The translations under genes were made by a program, and so were the position numbers. Positions 1-9,325 of a DNA stretch of 24,264 nucleotides are shown here, piece after piece. Every line of letters begins with the position of its first letter. The first letter of the stretch is position 1. The notes beneath the pieces were generated by a model. It worked only from the letters and a program-made list of their open reading frames with translations, was not told the origin of the DNA and searched no databases. Origin of the DNA: Pseudobdellovibrionaceae bacterium (GTDB lineage Bacteria > Bdellovibrionota > Bdellovibrionia > Bdellovibrionales > Bdellovibrionaceae); the NCBI GenBank assembly GCA_041288045.1, contig JBGGMM010000145.1, forward strand, positions 1 through 24,264. The letters run 5' to 3'.

Positions 1-1161
1 TTGGAAAAAGCAGTTAAAGACATCCAAGAATTGGCCAACAGTTCGAAGTTGGCGAATATGGATCAGTTTGCAACTTTGATGATTTCAGAAGGCTTCAGTC
101 GCCGCAAAGAATACGCAAAAGCAGTTCAAATGCTAACAAAATTTTATCAGGAGAATCCCAGCAAAATTCCGACAGACCTCATCAGCAATCGGATTGTTCA
201 ATATATCAATGACGATCTCCAGGATATGGTGGATCAGGGTCAATTCATCAAAGCTCTCAAATTGCACAATCAATATTCTGAGACTTGGATGAAATCCTCG
301 GGCCGGATCGATACCAAATACAATGTCGGTCGAGCATTTGAGCAGTCGGGGGTTTTCAAGCAGGCCCAGGGCCTTTACCAGGAAACTCTCAATAAGCTTT
401 ATGCGATGAAGGGGACTGATGCCGATAAAGTCCGCAGCGTGACTGAACATTTGCCAAGCGAAGACTCAGTCAATCTTCGTCTTGCGACAGTCGAAGCGCA
501 ACAAGGGCATTATTCTCAGGCATTTGAGGGATTGAAAAACATCAAAAATCCACAGAATCTCACCGAACGTGAGCAAATCGAAAGAGTGCAGTTGGCGGCT
601 CAATTGTTGGATCAGCGGGGAGAGACAGATTCGGCAATTCGCTACCTAACTGAACTTTTGAAAGAGTGGTCTGGAATTCCGGCACTTGTGGCAGAGCCCT
701 ATTTGGATCTCGCTCAATTAGAGTTGAAACAAAACAAGGCAGACGATGCCATTCAATCCCTTAAAAAAATCAACACTTTGATGGATGATTCGCAGAAAGT
801 GAATCCTGGTACACATGCGAGAGCTCTTGAAATTCTCGGGGATATCCAATTGAAAAAAGGCCTCAAAAACGAAGCTGCAGGAACTTTTGAAAAGCTGATC
901 AGCCTTTATGAAAAAAGTCGGCCTTTGGCTTCTTACCGCTACAAAGTGGGCCAGATTTATTTTGAAAAGGGCGAGATCAAAAAGGCCGCCGAAGTCTGGA
1001 ATGATTTGAAAGATGAAAAAAACGACTTTTGGTACAAACTTTCGCAGGAGCAGTTGAGAGGCTCTGAATGGAAAGATGAGTACAAAAAATACATCAAGCG
1101 GATTCCTGCGATGAGTGGATCATCGGCAACTCCGGCGCCAGCACCTGCGGAAAGGAAATAG
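1..1161 (+). CDS. TPR-repeat protein, 5'-truncated by the window edge
   Basis: Frame is open from base 1. Repeated helical TPR-like units (e.g. YNVGRAFEQSGVFKQAQGLYQE, YLDLAQLELKQNKADDAIQSLKK, YKVGQIYFEKGEIKKAAEVWND). Stop TAG at 1159-1161. Confidence 0.8.
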   Translation: MEKAVKDIQELANSSKLANMDQFATLMISEGFSRRKEYAKAVQMLTKFYQENPSKIPTDLISNRIVQYINDDLQDMVDQGQFIKALKLHNQYSETWMKSSGRIDTKYNVGRAFEQSGVFKQAQGLYQETLNKLYAMKGTDADKVRSVTEHLPSEDSVNLRLATVEAQQGHYSQAFEGLKNIKNPQNLTEREQIERVQLAAQLLDQRGETDSAIRYLTELLKEWSGIPALVAEPYLDLAQLELKQNKADDAIQSLKKINTLMDDSQKVNPGTHARALEILGDIQLKKGLKNEAAGTFEKLISLYEKSRPLASYRYKVGQIYFEKGEIKKAAEVWNDLKDEKNDFWYKLSQEQLRGSEWKDEYKKYIKRIPAMSGSSATPAPAPAERK

Positions 1162-1162
1162 C

Positions 1163-1987
1163 GTGACAGATTTCGGACTCTTTCAAACTGTTGATGCGCA
1201 AATGAAACGAGTGCTTGAAACAGCACAGTCCATGGCTCTCACGCCTGCCCCCATCTTAATTTCGGGAGAGTCAGGAAGTGGAAAGAGCCTTTTGGTTCAG
1301 TTCCTGGTCGAGAAGTCTCGGCTTAAAAAACCGCTTTTGAGGTGGGGTCGGGAAGAACAGACCTATGCTGAAGGTGATTGGGTTCTCATCGAAGGGCTTG
1401 ATGATCTCAATCTTTACCAACAGCAAATGCTGAGCGAGAAAATGGATGAATTAAAGTTGCAGAATAAAAAAATCCGCTGGATTGCAACTTCGAATGAAAA
1501 TCCTTCGATTTTGGTTCGGAATCAAAAATTGCGTCGAGATTTGTTTTTCCGTCTCAGCGTCATTCATTTGCAGATTCCAGCTCTTCGTGACAGATCGCAA
1601 GACGTTTTGGTTTTGGCGCGCTTTTTCAATCAGGTTTTCAATCTGATGAAAAGCCGAACGGAACAAGCTTTATCAGCTGAAACACAGGCAAAGCTTTTGG
1701 CCTATAGTTGGCCAGGTAATGTGGCCGAACTGGAAAACGTGATGGAAAGAGCTGTCGCGATCAGCAAGGGAGATGAAATTTCTGTTGAATCCATTGAATT
1801 CAGTCAAATGGGTCAAAATATTTTGCCTTCCATGGGAACCACGCTGTCTGAAATGGAAAGAAAATTGATTCTGCAGACACTGCAGTTGACTCAACAGAAC
1901 AAAACCCGTGCCGCTCAAATTCTTGGAATCAGCATTCGAACTTTGCGAAACAAACTGAACGAATATCGAGAGGCAGGCATATTATGA
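1163..1987 (+). CDS. Degenerate sigma54 enhancer-binding-type (NtrC/FleR-like) regulator: AAA+ remnant plus Fis-type HTH, no receiver domain
   Basis: Walker A GESGSGKS, LRRDLFFRL, WPGNVAELEN and C-terminal NKTRAAQILGISIRTLRNKL HTH. Start placed at GTG 1163 after AAGGAAA rather than 1115. Confidence 0.85.
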   Translation: MTDFGLFQTVDAQMKRVLETAQSMALTPAPILISGESGSGKSLLVQFLVEKSRLKKPLLRWGREEQTYAEGDWVLIEGLDDLNLYQQQMLSEKMDELKLQNKKIRWIATSNENPSILVRNQKLRRDLFFRLSVIHLQIPALRDRSQDVLVLARFFNQVFNLMKSRTEQALSAETQAKLLAYSWPGNVAELENVMERAVAISKGDEISVESIEFSQMGQNILPSMGTTLSEMERKLILQTLQLTQQNKTRAAQILGISIRTLRNKLNEYREAGIL

Positions 1988-2394
1988 GCCAGATTTTCGA
2001 TAAAACAACCTCCGCCCTTGGCACTGCATTGAATATGAGGTTGATGAAACAAAATCTCATTTCTTCCAATATCGCCAATGCGGAGACGCCAGGGTTTCAC
2101 GCCAAAAAACTTGATTTTGAAGAGGCTCTGGCAAGGGCTTTGGACATCGATGGCATGCGAAACATGACGACCTCATCAGGAGATCACTTTCCCGTGGGTG
2201 GTGGGCGTATGTCAGGTGTTCGCCCAGATATTTATGAGAATCCAGAAGGCGCGATTAACAATGATGGCAACACTGTGGATCTGGAAAAAGAAATGTCAGC
2301 TCTGACAGAGAACTCGATCATGTACAAAGCCGCTCTTCAGTTGATCAATAAAAAAATGGCAGCACTGAAATACGCTGTGACGGAGAGTAGATAA
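1984..2394 (+). CDS. flgB: Flagellar basal-body rod protein FlgB
   Basis: SNIANAETPGF and DGNTVDLEKEM motifs; ATGA overlap with the upstream stop. Confidence 0.97.
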   Translation: MSQIFDKTTSALGTALNMRLMKQNLISSNIANAETPGFHAKKLDFEEALARALDIDGMRNMTTSSGDHFPVGGGRMSGVRPDIYENPEGAINNDGNTVDLEKEMSALTENSIMYKAALQLINKKMAALKYAVTESR

Positions 2395-2837
2395 TGTCTG
2401 ATTTTGTCACTGGATTTCGAATCAGCAGCAGTGGGATGGCCGCACAGAGAATGCGGATGAACACCATTTCATCGAATATTGCCAACATCAACACGACTCG
2501 CACACCGGAAGGTGGTGCCTACCGCCGAAAAGACGTGGTCTTTGAGTCTATGCCGGAGACTCGAAATTTCGGTGAAATTTTGGGAGTGAATTCGCCAAAG
2601 GCCGACATGCAGAGAGTCCAGGTCACAGATGTGATTTCGGATCGAAAAGCGCCGCTGTTGAAATTTGAACCCAATCATCCAGATGCAAATGAAGAAGGAT
2701 ATGTGGCTTATCCCAATATCAATTTGATGGAAGAAATGACCAATATGATTCAGGCCACACGGGCTTACGAGGCTAACGTCCAATCACTGCAGTCATCCAA
2801 GGACATGGCTCTCAGTGCCCTGGAAATTGGTCGGTAA
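2394..2837 (+). CDS. flgC: Flagellar basal-body rod protein FlgC
   Basis: SSGMAAQRMRMNTISSNIAN, PNHPDANEEGYVAYPNIN and RAYEAN motifs; TAATG overlap with flgB. Confidence 0.98.
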   Translation: MSDFVTGFRISSSGMAAQRMRMNTISSNIANINTTRTPEGGAYRRKDVVFESMPETRNFGEILGVNSPKADMQRVQVTDVISDRKAPLLKFEPNHPDANEEGYVAYPNINLMEEMTNMIQATRAYEANVQSLQSSKDMALSALEIGR

Positions 2838-2906
2838 TGGGACAGGATTTTAAGAGGTAAATTTGTGAATTTTGCTGTAGAATTAACAATATAGGAGCGG
2901 CTTGCC

Positions 2907-3263
2907 ATGGATGGTTTCACCGTTTCAAATGCCAATCGTTTCCTGGAAACAGGAAGACTGCCAGGGGATCAGAAATCGATTTCGATCAATTCGTCTCAAG
3001 ATGGGACGAACAAGATTTCTGGTGGTTCTGTTTCCGAAACACAAAAAAGTTTCGCCGACACATTGAACGAAGCCATCCAGAATGTGAACGAGCTTCAAAA
3101 AACTTCGGATAAGGCCATGCAGAATTTGGCCACCGGTCGAACAGACAATGTAGCCGAAGTCATGATCTCAGCTGAAAAAGCGGACATTGCTTTGAAGCTC
3201 ATGGTTCAGGTTCGAAATAAGATTATTGATGCTTATCAAGAAATTATGAAAATGCAGGTTTGA
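2907..3263 (+). CDS. fliE: Flagellar hook-basal body protein FliE
   Basis: SFADTL...EVMISAEKADIALKLMVQVRNKIIDAYQEIMKMQV; AGGAG RBS. Confidence 0.97.
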   Translation: MDGFTVSNANRFLETGRLPGDQKSISINSSQDGTNKISGGSVSETQKSFADTLNEAIQNVNELQKTSDKAMQNLATGRTDNVAEVMISAEKADIALKLMVQVRNKIIDAYQEIMKMQV

Positions 3264-3280
3264 TTTAAAGGGGTTATTGC

Positions 3281-4927
3281 TTGAATAAGATATTTGGAAG
3301 TCTTGCCGCTCAATTCGGAGAATTTTTCAAAGGCCTTGGGCCGACGAAAAGGATGTCGATCATTGCCGCATCGATCATCACGGTGGTGGCAGGAATCATC
3401 ATCACCTTCATGGTTAGCGGCAAAGATTATGCGCCCTTACTGACCAATGTCCCTTCGGATCAAGTTTCTTTGATTGTTGAAAAACTCAATAAGCTCAATG
3501 TTCCCTTTCAACTACGCGAGGATGGAAAGACAATCGCTGTTCCGAAAGATCTTTTGCACTCGACACAAATGACTCTGATGTCAGAGCTGGGTTCCTCTAA
3601 AATCGGCACAGTTGGCCTTGAGCTTTTCGACAAGCAGGATTTTGGTGTCAATTCTTACGCTCAAAAAATCAACTATCAAAGAGCTCTTCAGGGCGAATTG
3701 ATGAGAGCGATCAACACTCTGACCGCGGTGAAACAATCCAAAGTCATTCTGGCGATTCCGAACAAAAAAACATTTCTCGAAGAAGGTGGCTCACCTACGG
3801 CTTCGGTCGTGATCGAACTTCATTCAGGAAAAACTCTTAGCGATGACCAAATCCGCGGTATTCGCTTTTTGGTGGGAAGTGCAGTCGAAGGATTGGATCC
3901 TGAAAAGGTCACTGTTGTTGACGATCGAGGAAAAATGCTCAGTCGAAACAGTGACAGCACGGTTTCTGGTTCGAATGAAATCATGGACCTCAAAAAGAAA
4001 GTGGAAGGCGATCTGGAAGAACGCATTGAAGCGATTCTTTCCAAAGTTGTCGGCCATGGAAAAGTCATTGCCCGAGTCGACGCCACTTTGAATAACAAAA
4101 TCATTTCGGCTGTGGAAGAGTCTGTGGATCCTGAGAAAACAGCTCTGAAAAGCCAAAGCTCGGAAGAAGAGTCGTTAGATGGATCCAGAACCAATCCAGC
4201 CGGCGTTCCAGGTTCTCGCGCCAATTTGCCGGGGGCGGAAGACGCAGGCCAAGTGGGATTCAATCAAAACGTCAAAAAAGAAATCAAGACCAGCAATTTT
4301 GAAGTTCCCAAAACAGTTCGTAATATCAAAGAGGGAGCTGGTGGAATTGAGAGGGTCAGTGTCGCCGTTCTTGTCGACGGTGTGGAAGTCGCGACCAAGG
4401 CTGAAGATGGCAGTGTTGAAAGTAAATGGAATCCAAGAACAGAAGCAGAAATCGCCAAATACGAAAGCTTGGTCAAGCAAGCCATTGGCTTCAGTCAGCA
4501 ACGAGGGGATTCGGTTAAAATCGAGAATATCCAATTCATTGCCGAAGACTTTGCCGAGTCCGATAAGATTTTGACTTCGTTAGAAAGACGAAAGCTCGTG
4601 CACGCTTTGTTTAAGTGGGCTCTGCTTGGATTTTCTTTGGCTCTCTTTTTCTTCATCGTGGTTCGTCCATTCATGCAATGGATTACAGATAGTTTCCAAG
4701 ATTCAGTGGAAGACATGCTGCCAAGAACCATCGAAGAGTTGGAAGAGCTGCAATCCGTGGACAACACTCTTCCTGGTATGAGTTCGGCTCTGCCGGTGCT
4801 TGAGGAATCGATTGATCCGGATAAGGCTGAAAGTGAACTCTTGAAGGATCGAATCATGTCGATTGTTCAAGGTGATGAAGAAAAAGCTCAGAATGCTTTT
4901 GGTATGTGGTTGATCAGAAGGGAATAA
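3281..4927 (+). CDS. fliF: Flagellar MS-ring protein FliF
   Basis: Two TM segments; GLELFDKQDFG, YQRALQGELMRAI, PTASVVIEL and VTVVDDRGKML motifs; TTG start. Confidence 0.97.
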   Translation: MNKIFGSLAAQFGEFFKGLGPTKRMSIIAASIITVVAGIIITFMVSGKDYAPLLTNVPSDQVSLIVEKLNKLNVPFQLREDGKTIAVPKDLLHSTQMTLMSELGSSKIGTVGLELFDKQDFGVNSYAQKINYQRALQGELMRAINTLTAVKQSKVILAIPNKKTFLEEGGSPTASVVIELHSGKTLSDDQIRGIRFLVGSAVEGLDPEKVTVVDDRGKMLSRNSDSTVSGSNEIMDLKKKVEGDLEERIEAILSKVVGHGKVIARVDATLNNKIISAVEESVDPEKTALKSQSSEEESLDGSRTNPAGVPGSRANLPGAEDAGQVGFNQNVKKEIKTSNFEVPKTVRNIKEGAGGIERVSVAVLVDGVEVATKAEDGSVESKWNPRTEAEIAKYESLVKQAIGFSQQRGDSVKIENIQFIAEDFAESDKILTSLERRKLVHALFKWALLGFSLALFFFIVVRPFMQWITDSFQDSVEDMLPRTIEELEELQSVDNTLPGMSSALPVLEESIDPDKAESELLKDRIMSIVQGDEEKAQNAFGMWLIRRE

Positions 4928-4930
4928 CAA

Positions 4931-5968
4931 ATGGCAAAGCTCATCAAACAGGAAAACATTGAATACGAAAATCTGCGTGGTTTTGAAAAAGCGGCCATTC
5001 TGGTGAATTATCTTGGCAAAGATGCCTTGCGAGTCTTTTTTAAAACATTGGATGATGGAGATGTTCGGAAACTTTTGAATGTCATGCAGAAGTACCGTGT
5101 GGTTCCCGTACACGTGACAAAAAAAGTGCTCGAAGAATTCTACGAGCTTGTCAGTGAGACTGAAGATTACATTTTTTCGGAAAAATCTTCTGGCAAAGAC
5201 ACCATTGTTGAAGCTCTTGGTGAAGAAAGAGCCCGGGGCATTCTTGGCGGTGTGAATTTAAATTCTGGTGGCAATCGCAATTTGGAATCTCTTGAAATGG
5301 TGGATGCGAAATCTCTTTCAACATTCCTTGTGAATGAACATCCGCAGACCGTCGCCGTTATTCTGGCGCATCTGGAACCAGAGAAAAAAGGTGAGGTTCT
5401 GAAGCGTTTGCCAGATGCACTGCAAGCCGAAGTGGTCTTGCGTATGGCGAATTTGGATCATGTGGCTCCTGAACTGATTGCTGAAATCGATGCTGTCTTG
5501 AAGCGTGAGCTTGCGAGCATGAGCACAGTTGAGCAAGCTGCACTTGGTGGAGTCCAGCCGGTAGCCGAAATGCTCAACGTCATGGACAAGAACACTGAAA
5601 CTTCGATCATGTCGCGTTTGGAAGAGAAAGATCCGCTTCTTGCGGAAGAGATTCGTAAACTCATGTTCGTATTCGACGATATCGTCAAGATCGACGACAG
5701 GGGCATTCAGACTCTTCTCAAAGAAGTCGACAACGGAAAGCTGCTTTTGGCTCTCAAAACTGCCAGCGAAGAGATTCGCAACAAGATTTTCAAAAACATC
5801 TCTCAGCGTGCGGCCGAAATGCTCCGGGAAGATCTCAACAATATGGGACCTTCGCGCCTGTCCGATGTCGAACAAGCTCAACAGGAAATCGTCAATGCCG
5901 CTCGCCGCTTAGAGGCCGAAGGCAAGATCCTGATTGCTCGTGGTGGATCGGAGGACGCCCTTGTCTAA
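4931..5968 (+). CDS. fliG: Flagellar motor switch protein FliG
   Basis: EKAAILV, EHPQTVAVIL, MFVFDD and VEQAQQEIV motifs. Confidence 0.98.
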   Translation: MAKLIKQENIEYENLRGFEKAAILVNYLGKDALRVFFKTLDDGDVRKLLNVMQKYRVVPVHVTKKVLEEFYELVSETEDYIFSEKSSGKDTIVEALGEERARGILGGVNLNSGGNRNLESLEMVDAKSLSTFLVNEHPQTVAVILAHLEPEKKGEVLKRLPDALQAEVVLRMANLDHVAPELIAEIDAVLKRELASMSTVEQAALGGVQPVAEMLNVMDKNTETSIMSRLEEKDPLLAEEIRKLMFVFDDIVKIDDRGIQTLLKEVDNGKLLLALKTASEEIRNKIFKNISQRAAEMLREDLNNMGPSRLSDVEQAQQEIVNAARRLEAEGKILIARGGSEDALV

Positions 5969-6704
5969 GAGCGTTCTTACCTATCATCCGCCAAAGTTTG
6001 AATTGGGCACTGCCGAGCAGGCAAAGTCCTATCTGGAACAGCGAAGATCAAAGAGCACTGATTTTCGCATGAGCGACGTCATTCGTGTCCAAACGGGTGT
6101 AGAAAAAGTTGAAGCCAGCCAAGTGGAAGACGACGTTGAGAGAAAAGTCCTAGAAAAACTGAAAGAAGTGCAAGAATCCGCTTACCAAGAGGCCTACCAA
6201 TTGGGCTTGGATGAAGGTAAGCATGAGGCCTATCAAAAAACGACGGCTGAAATCAATGCCAAGCTTTCTCAGTTGGATCAGCTCATTGAGTCCATGAAAA
6301 ATATCAAGACCGAATTGATGTCCCAAAATGAAAATCATTTGGTGCAGCTGGCTTTTCACATGGCCAAGCGCTTGGCGCATATTGAAAGTAAAACCGACGT
6401 CGCTGTGATCAGATCGGTGATTCGGGATGCTGTGGAAAAAGCCCAGGTCGAAGAAGAAGTAACAGTCCAAGTATCGCCCTCGCAGATTGAATTTCTTGAA
6501 ACCTTGAAAACTGAGACGGCACGAGAATTTGAATTTATGAAGCGAGTGAAATTAGAACCAGTCGATTCCATCACTCCAGGTGGATGTGTGGTGATCACCA
6601 ATTATGGAGTGATCGATTCTCAGTTTGAAGAAAGAGTGAATAAACTCTGGGAAGGAATTGCTGAAAACCTTCCTGGGATCAAAGACAAAATCAGCTCACC
6701 ATGA
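5961..6704 (+). CDS. fliH: Flagellar export ATPase regulator FliH
   Basis: AYQEAYQLGLDEG repeats and C-terminal ITPGGCVVITNYGVIDS; lies between fliG and fliI. Start placed at TTG 5961 after GGAGG (5950-5954). Confidence 0.9.
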   Translation: MSKSVLTYHPPKFELGTAEQAKSYLEQRRSKSTDFRMSDVIRVQTGVEKVEASQVEDDVERKVLEKLKEVQESAYQEAYQLGLDEGKHEAYQKTTAEINAKLSQLDQLIESMKNIKTELMSQNENHLVQLAFHMAKRLAHIESKTDVAVIRSVIRDAVEKAQVEEEVTVQVSPSQIEFLETLKTETAREFEFMKRVKLEPVDSITPGGCVVITNYGVIDSQFEERVNKLWEGIAENLPGIKDKISSP

Positions 6705-8041
6705 GTGAAATGATGTCCGAATATACTTTGAATTTAGAAAAATACCAGGATCTGGTGGATTCTTTGCAGCTCACCAATGACAGTGGAAAAGTCACTGAAG
6801 TGACAGGCCTTGTGATCAAAGGCTCACTTCCGGGAGCAAGCTTAGGAAGTCTTTGTGAGATCCAGCCTCCGGGCTTGGATCGAACTTTTCTAGCTGAGGT
6901 TGTTGGCTTTAAAGAAAAATCCGTTCTGATGATGCCCCTTTCCGAAGTTCGTGGAGTGGCGCTTGGAGCCAAAATCACATTGAGGCGACAAATTGCCAGT
7001 ATCAAAGTGGGCGAAGAACTTTTGGGTCGAGTGGTCGACGGACTCGGACGGGCGATCGATGGCCTGGGAGAAGTTGAAGGAATCCGTGAGGTTCCTCTTT
7101 ATTCAGATGTGAGAAATCCATTGGGGCGCCGACCGATTCGCAAGCCATTGGACATTGGAGTGCGAGCCATCAATGGAGCACTGACCGTGGGTCAAGGACA
7201 ACGGGTTGGCATTATGGCCGGTTCGGGTGTTGGAAAATCAGTTCTTCTCGGAATGATGGCGCGAAACACAAAAGCTGACGTCAATGTGATTGCACTGATT
7301 GGTGAGCGGGGCCGTGAAGTGCGCGAGTTCATCGAAAATGACTTGGGCCCCGAAGGGTTGAAGCGATCCGTGATTGTTTGTGTGACCAGTGATCAAAGCC
7401 CCTTGATTCGAATGCGAGGAGCTTTTGTGGCGACTGCGATTGCCGAATATTTTTCATCTCTTGGAAAGCAAGTCCTTCTGATGATGGATTCGGTGACTCG
7501 CTTTTCAATGGCGCAAAGAGAGATCGGTCTCTCCGCAGGCGAACCTCCGGCCTCTAAAGGTTACACTCCCAGTGTGTTTTCGACTCTTCCGAAACTTCTG
7601 GAACGGGCCGGCTCATTTGAAAATGAGGGCAGCATCACCGGTCTTTATACCGTGCTCGTTGAAGGTGATGACATGGATGATCCGATTGCCGATGCCGTTC
7701 GATCCATTGTCGATGGTCATATCGTTCTCAGTCGAGGATTGGCGCAAAGAGGACATTTTCCAGCGATCGATATTCTTCAGAGCGCCAGTCGAGTGATGCG
7801 AGCTGTGACCACCAATGATCATGGAAGACTTGCGCAAAAATTGAGAGAAAACCTGGCGGTCTACAAAGATGCCGAAGATCTCATCAACATTGGAGCTTAC
7901 AAAGCTGGCTCCAATCCAAAAATCGACAAAGCGATCAAGCTCAATGAAGCATTGACTGATTATTTGCGACAGAGAGTGGAAGAGCCTGCTGATTTTAATC
8001 AAGGTCTTCGACAATTGCAGGGAATTCTGGCCAACGTTTGA
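6701..8041 (+). CDS. fliI: Flagellar export ATPase FliI
   Basis: AGSGVGKS Walker A, LIGERGREV, LMMDSVTRF, GEPP and DGHIVLSR motifs. Confidence 0.98.
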   Translation: MSEMMSEYTLNLEKYQDLVDSLQLTNDSGKVTEVTGLVIKGSLPGASLGSLCEIQPPGLDRTFLAEVVGFKEKSVLMMPLSEVRGVALGAKITLRRQIASIKVGEELLGRVVDGLGRAIDGLGEVEGIREVPLYSDVRNPLGRRPIRKPLDIGVRAINGALTVGQGQRVGIMAGSGVGKSVLLGMMARNTKADVNVIALIGERGREVREFIENDLGPEGLKRSVIVCVTSDQSPLIRMRGAFVATAIAEYFSSLGKQVLLMMDSVTRFSMAQREIGLSAGEPPASKGYTPSVFSTLPKLLERAGSFENEGSITGLYTVLVEGDDMDDPIADAVRSIVDGHIVLSRGLAQRGHFPAIDILQSASRVMRAVTTNDHGRLAQKLRENLAVYKDAEDLINIGAYKAGSNPKIDKAIKLNEALTDYLRQRVEEPADFNQGLRQLQGILANV

Positions 8042-8063
8042 TTCAAACAAGGATGTTTGAAAA

Positions 8064-8516
8064 ATGAAATTTCAATTTCCATTGCAGAAAGTGCTTCAGC
8101 ACAGAAAGGTTCTTGAAGATCTTGCTCAGAGAGATTTTCAAGAAGCTCTTGCTGAATTGAATCTGCAATTGCAAAAGCTCAATCAAATGGAAGAAGCCGT
8201 CTTACTGGCTAGGGAAGAGGCTTTCCGACGTCAGTCCGAGGGAGGAAAGACCAGTTCCTCTCTGACTCAAGTCGATGATTTCTTAAAAGGTCAGGACATT
8301 CGCATAGCCAGACAAAAAGAAAGAATCAAAGAATGCGAGAGTTTAGTCGAGAATCTGCGCGAAATTTTGCGGCAGAAGGCAATTGACTATAAAATAATAG
8401 AAGAGCTGAAAACACGGCGTTTGAAGGAATTCAAAGTCGAACAGAAAAAACGAGAACAGAAACGTTTGGACGATATCAGCTTGATGCGTTTTCGCCGAGG
8501 GGATGTTGAAAAATGA
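8064..8516 (+). CDS. fliJ: Flagellar export chaperone FliJ
   Basis: FQFPLQKVL N-terminus, coiled coil, EQKRLDD C-terminus; directly after fliI. Confidence 0.92.
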   Translation: MKFQFPLQKVLQHRKVLEDLAQRDFQEALAELNLQLQKLNQMEEAVLLAREEAFRRQSEGGKTSSSLTQVDDFLKGQDIRIARQKERIKECESLVENLREILRQKAIDYKIIEELKTRRLKEFKVEQKKREQKRLDDISLMRFRRGDVEK

Positions 8517-9304
8517 AAAATGGCTACGATCAATTCTTTAAAAAAGCTCAGAGAATCGCAGCTGATGGGCAGAAACAGGCCCCTGTCGCCAGAAAAGTGC
8601 AGACTCAAGACGCCAAAATTCTAGCTCAAGAGTTGCGCAATCGAATGCGACCGAAAGTTCAAAAGAAGAAAAAGAAACCAGTTTCCTGGAAATTGGCCGG
8701 CCTTTCTCTGCTTGGGCTTTTTATCGCAGCTGCGGGTCTTGTCAATATTGAAGAAATTGAGCACTTTGCCAAAAAATTTGAAATTTCAGTTTTTGGATCC
8801 GCTCATGCTGAAGAGGCAAAACCGGCAGCAGAAACCGCCAAAAAAGGCAAAGACGAAAAAAAGGAAGAAGCTCCAGCCTCTCCTGAAGTGAAGAAAAATT
8901 TCTCAGAAGATGATATCAATCACTTCACAAAATTGAACGAAAGAAAAAGGGAATTGGACGCTCGTGAAGAAGAGCTTGGTCGAATGGAACAAGAGCTCCA
9001 AGCTCAAAAAGCAGAGCTTGAAAAAAGACTCTTGGAGCTTGAATCCACGAGAAAAAATATCTCTTCCGTTCTTGAAGAGAAAGTGCAGGCGGATGATAAG
9101 AAAGTCGACAACCTGGTGCAGATGTATTCAAGCATGAAACCTCAGCAAGCAGCGAAAGCTTTTGAGGAGATGGATGAGGGTCTGGCAATCGAAATTTTAG
9201 GCCGGATGAAAAAGAAAAGCGCCGCCGAAATTATGAATTTAGTGAAATCAGAGAAGGTGAAGATCCTCTCTGAAAAATACGCAGGATACAAACGCAACCA
9301 ATAA
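8513..9304 (+). CDS. MotE/FlbB/YlxF-like flagellar protein (TM, coiled coil, MgtE_N-like C-terminal domain)
   Basis: Single TM (LAGLSLLGLFIAAAGLV), long coiled coil, LVQMYSSMKPQQAAKAFEEM...ILGRMKKKSAAEIM; the position between fliJ and fliK is typical. Confidence 0.8.
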   Translation: MKNGYDQFFKKAQRIAADGQKQAPVARKVQTQDAKILAQELRNRMRPKVQKKKKKPVSWKLAGLSLLGLFIAAAGLVNIEEIEHFAKKFEISVFGSAHAEEAKPAAETAKKGKDEKKEEAPASPEVKKNFSEDDINHFTKLNERKRELDAREEELGRMEQELQAQKAELEKRLLELESTRKNISSVLEEKVQADDKKVDNLVQMYSSMKPQQAAKAFEEMDEGLAIEILGRMKKKSAAEIMNLVKSEKVKILSEKYAGYKRNQ

Positions 9305-9325
9305 CCAAGAAAGGGGAAACAAATT

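Noticed and set aside
421..428. GCCGATAA sigma28 -10 match inside the TPR gene
   Set aside because: It is intragenic, about 730 nt from the next start, and explained by Ala-Asp-Lys codons.
1115..1162. Longer ORF-track starts (1115; also 5934, 12924, 14289, 24158)
   Set aside because: Downstream starts fit better with RBS position, gene boundaries or signal-peptide structure.
2838..2906. Internal promoter before fliE (TAGAAT)
   Set aside because: A -10-like hexamer is present but there is no -35, extended -10 or sigma54 box, so it cannot be supported.
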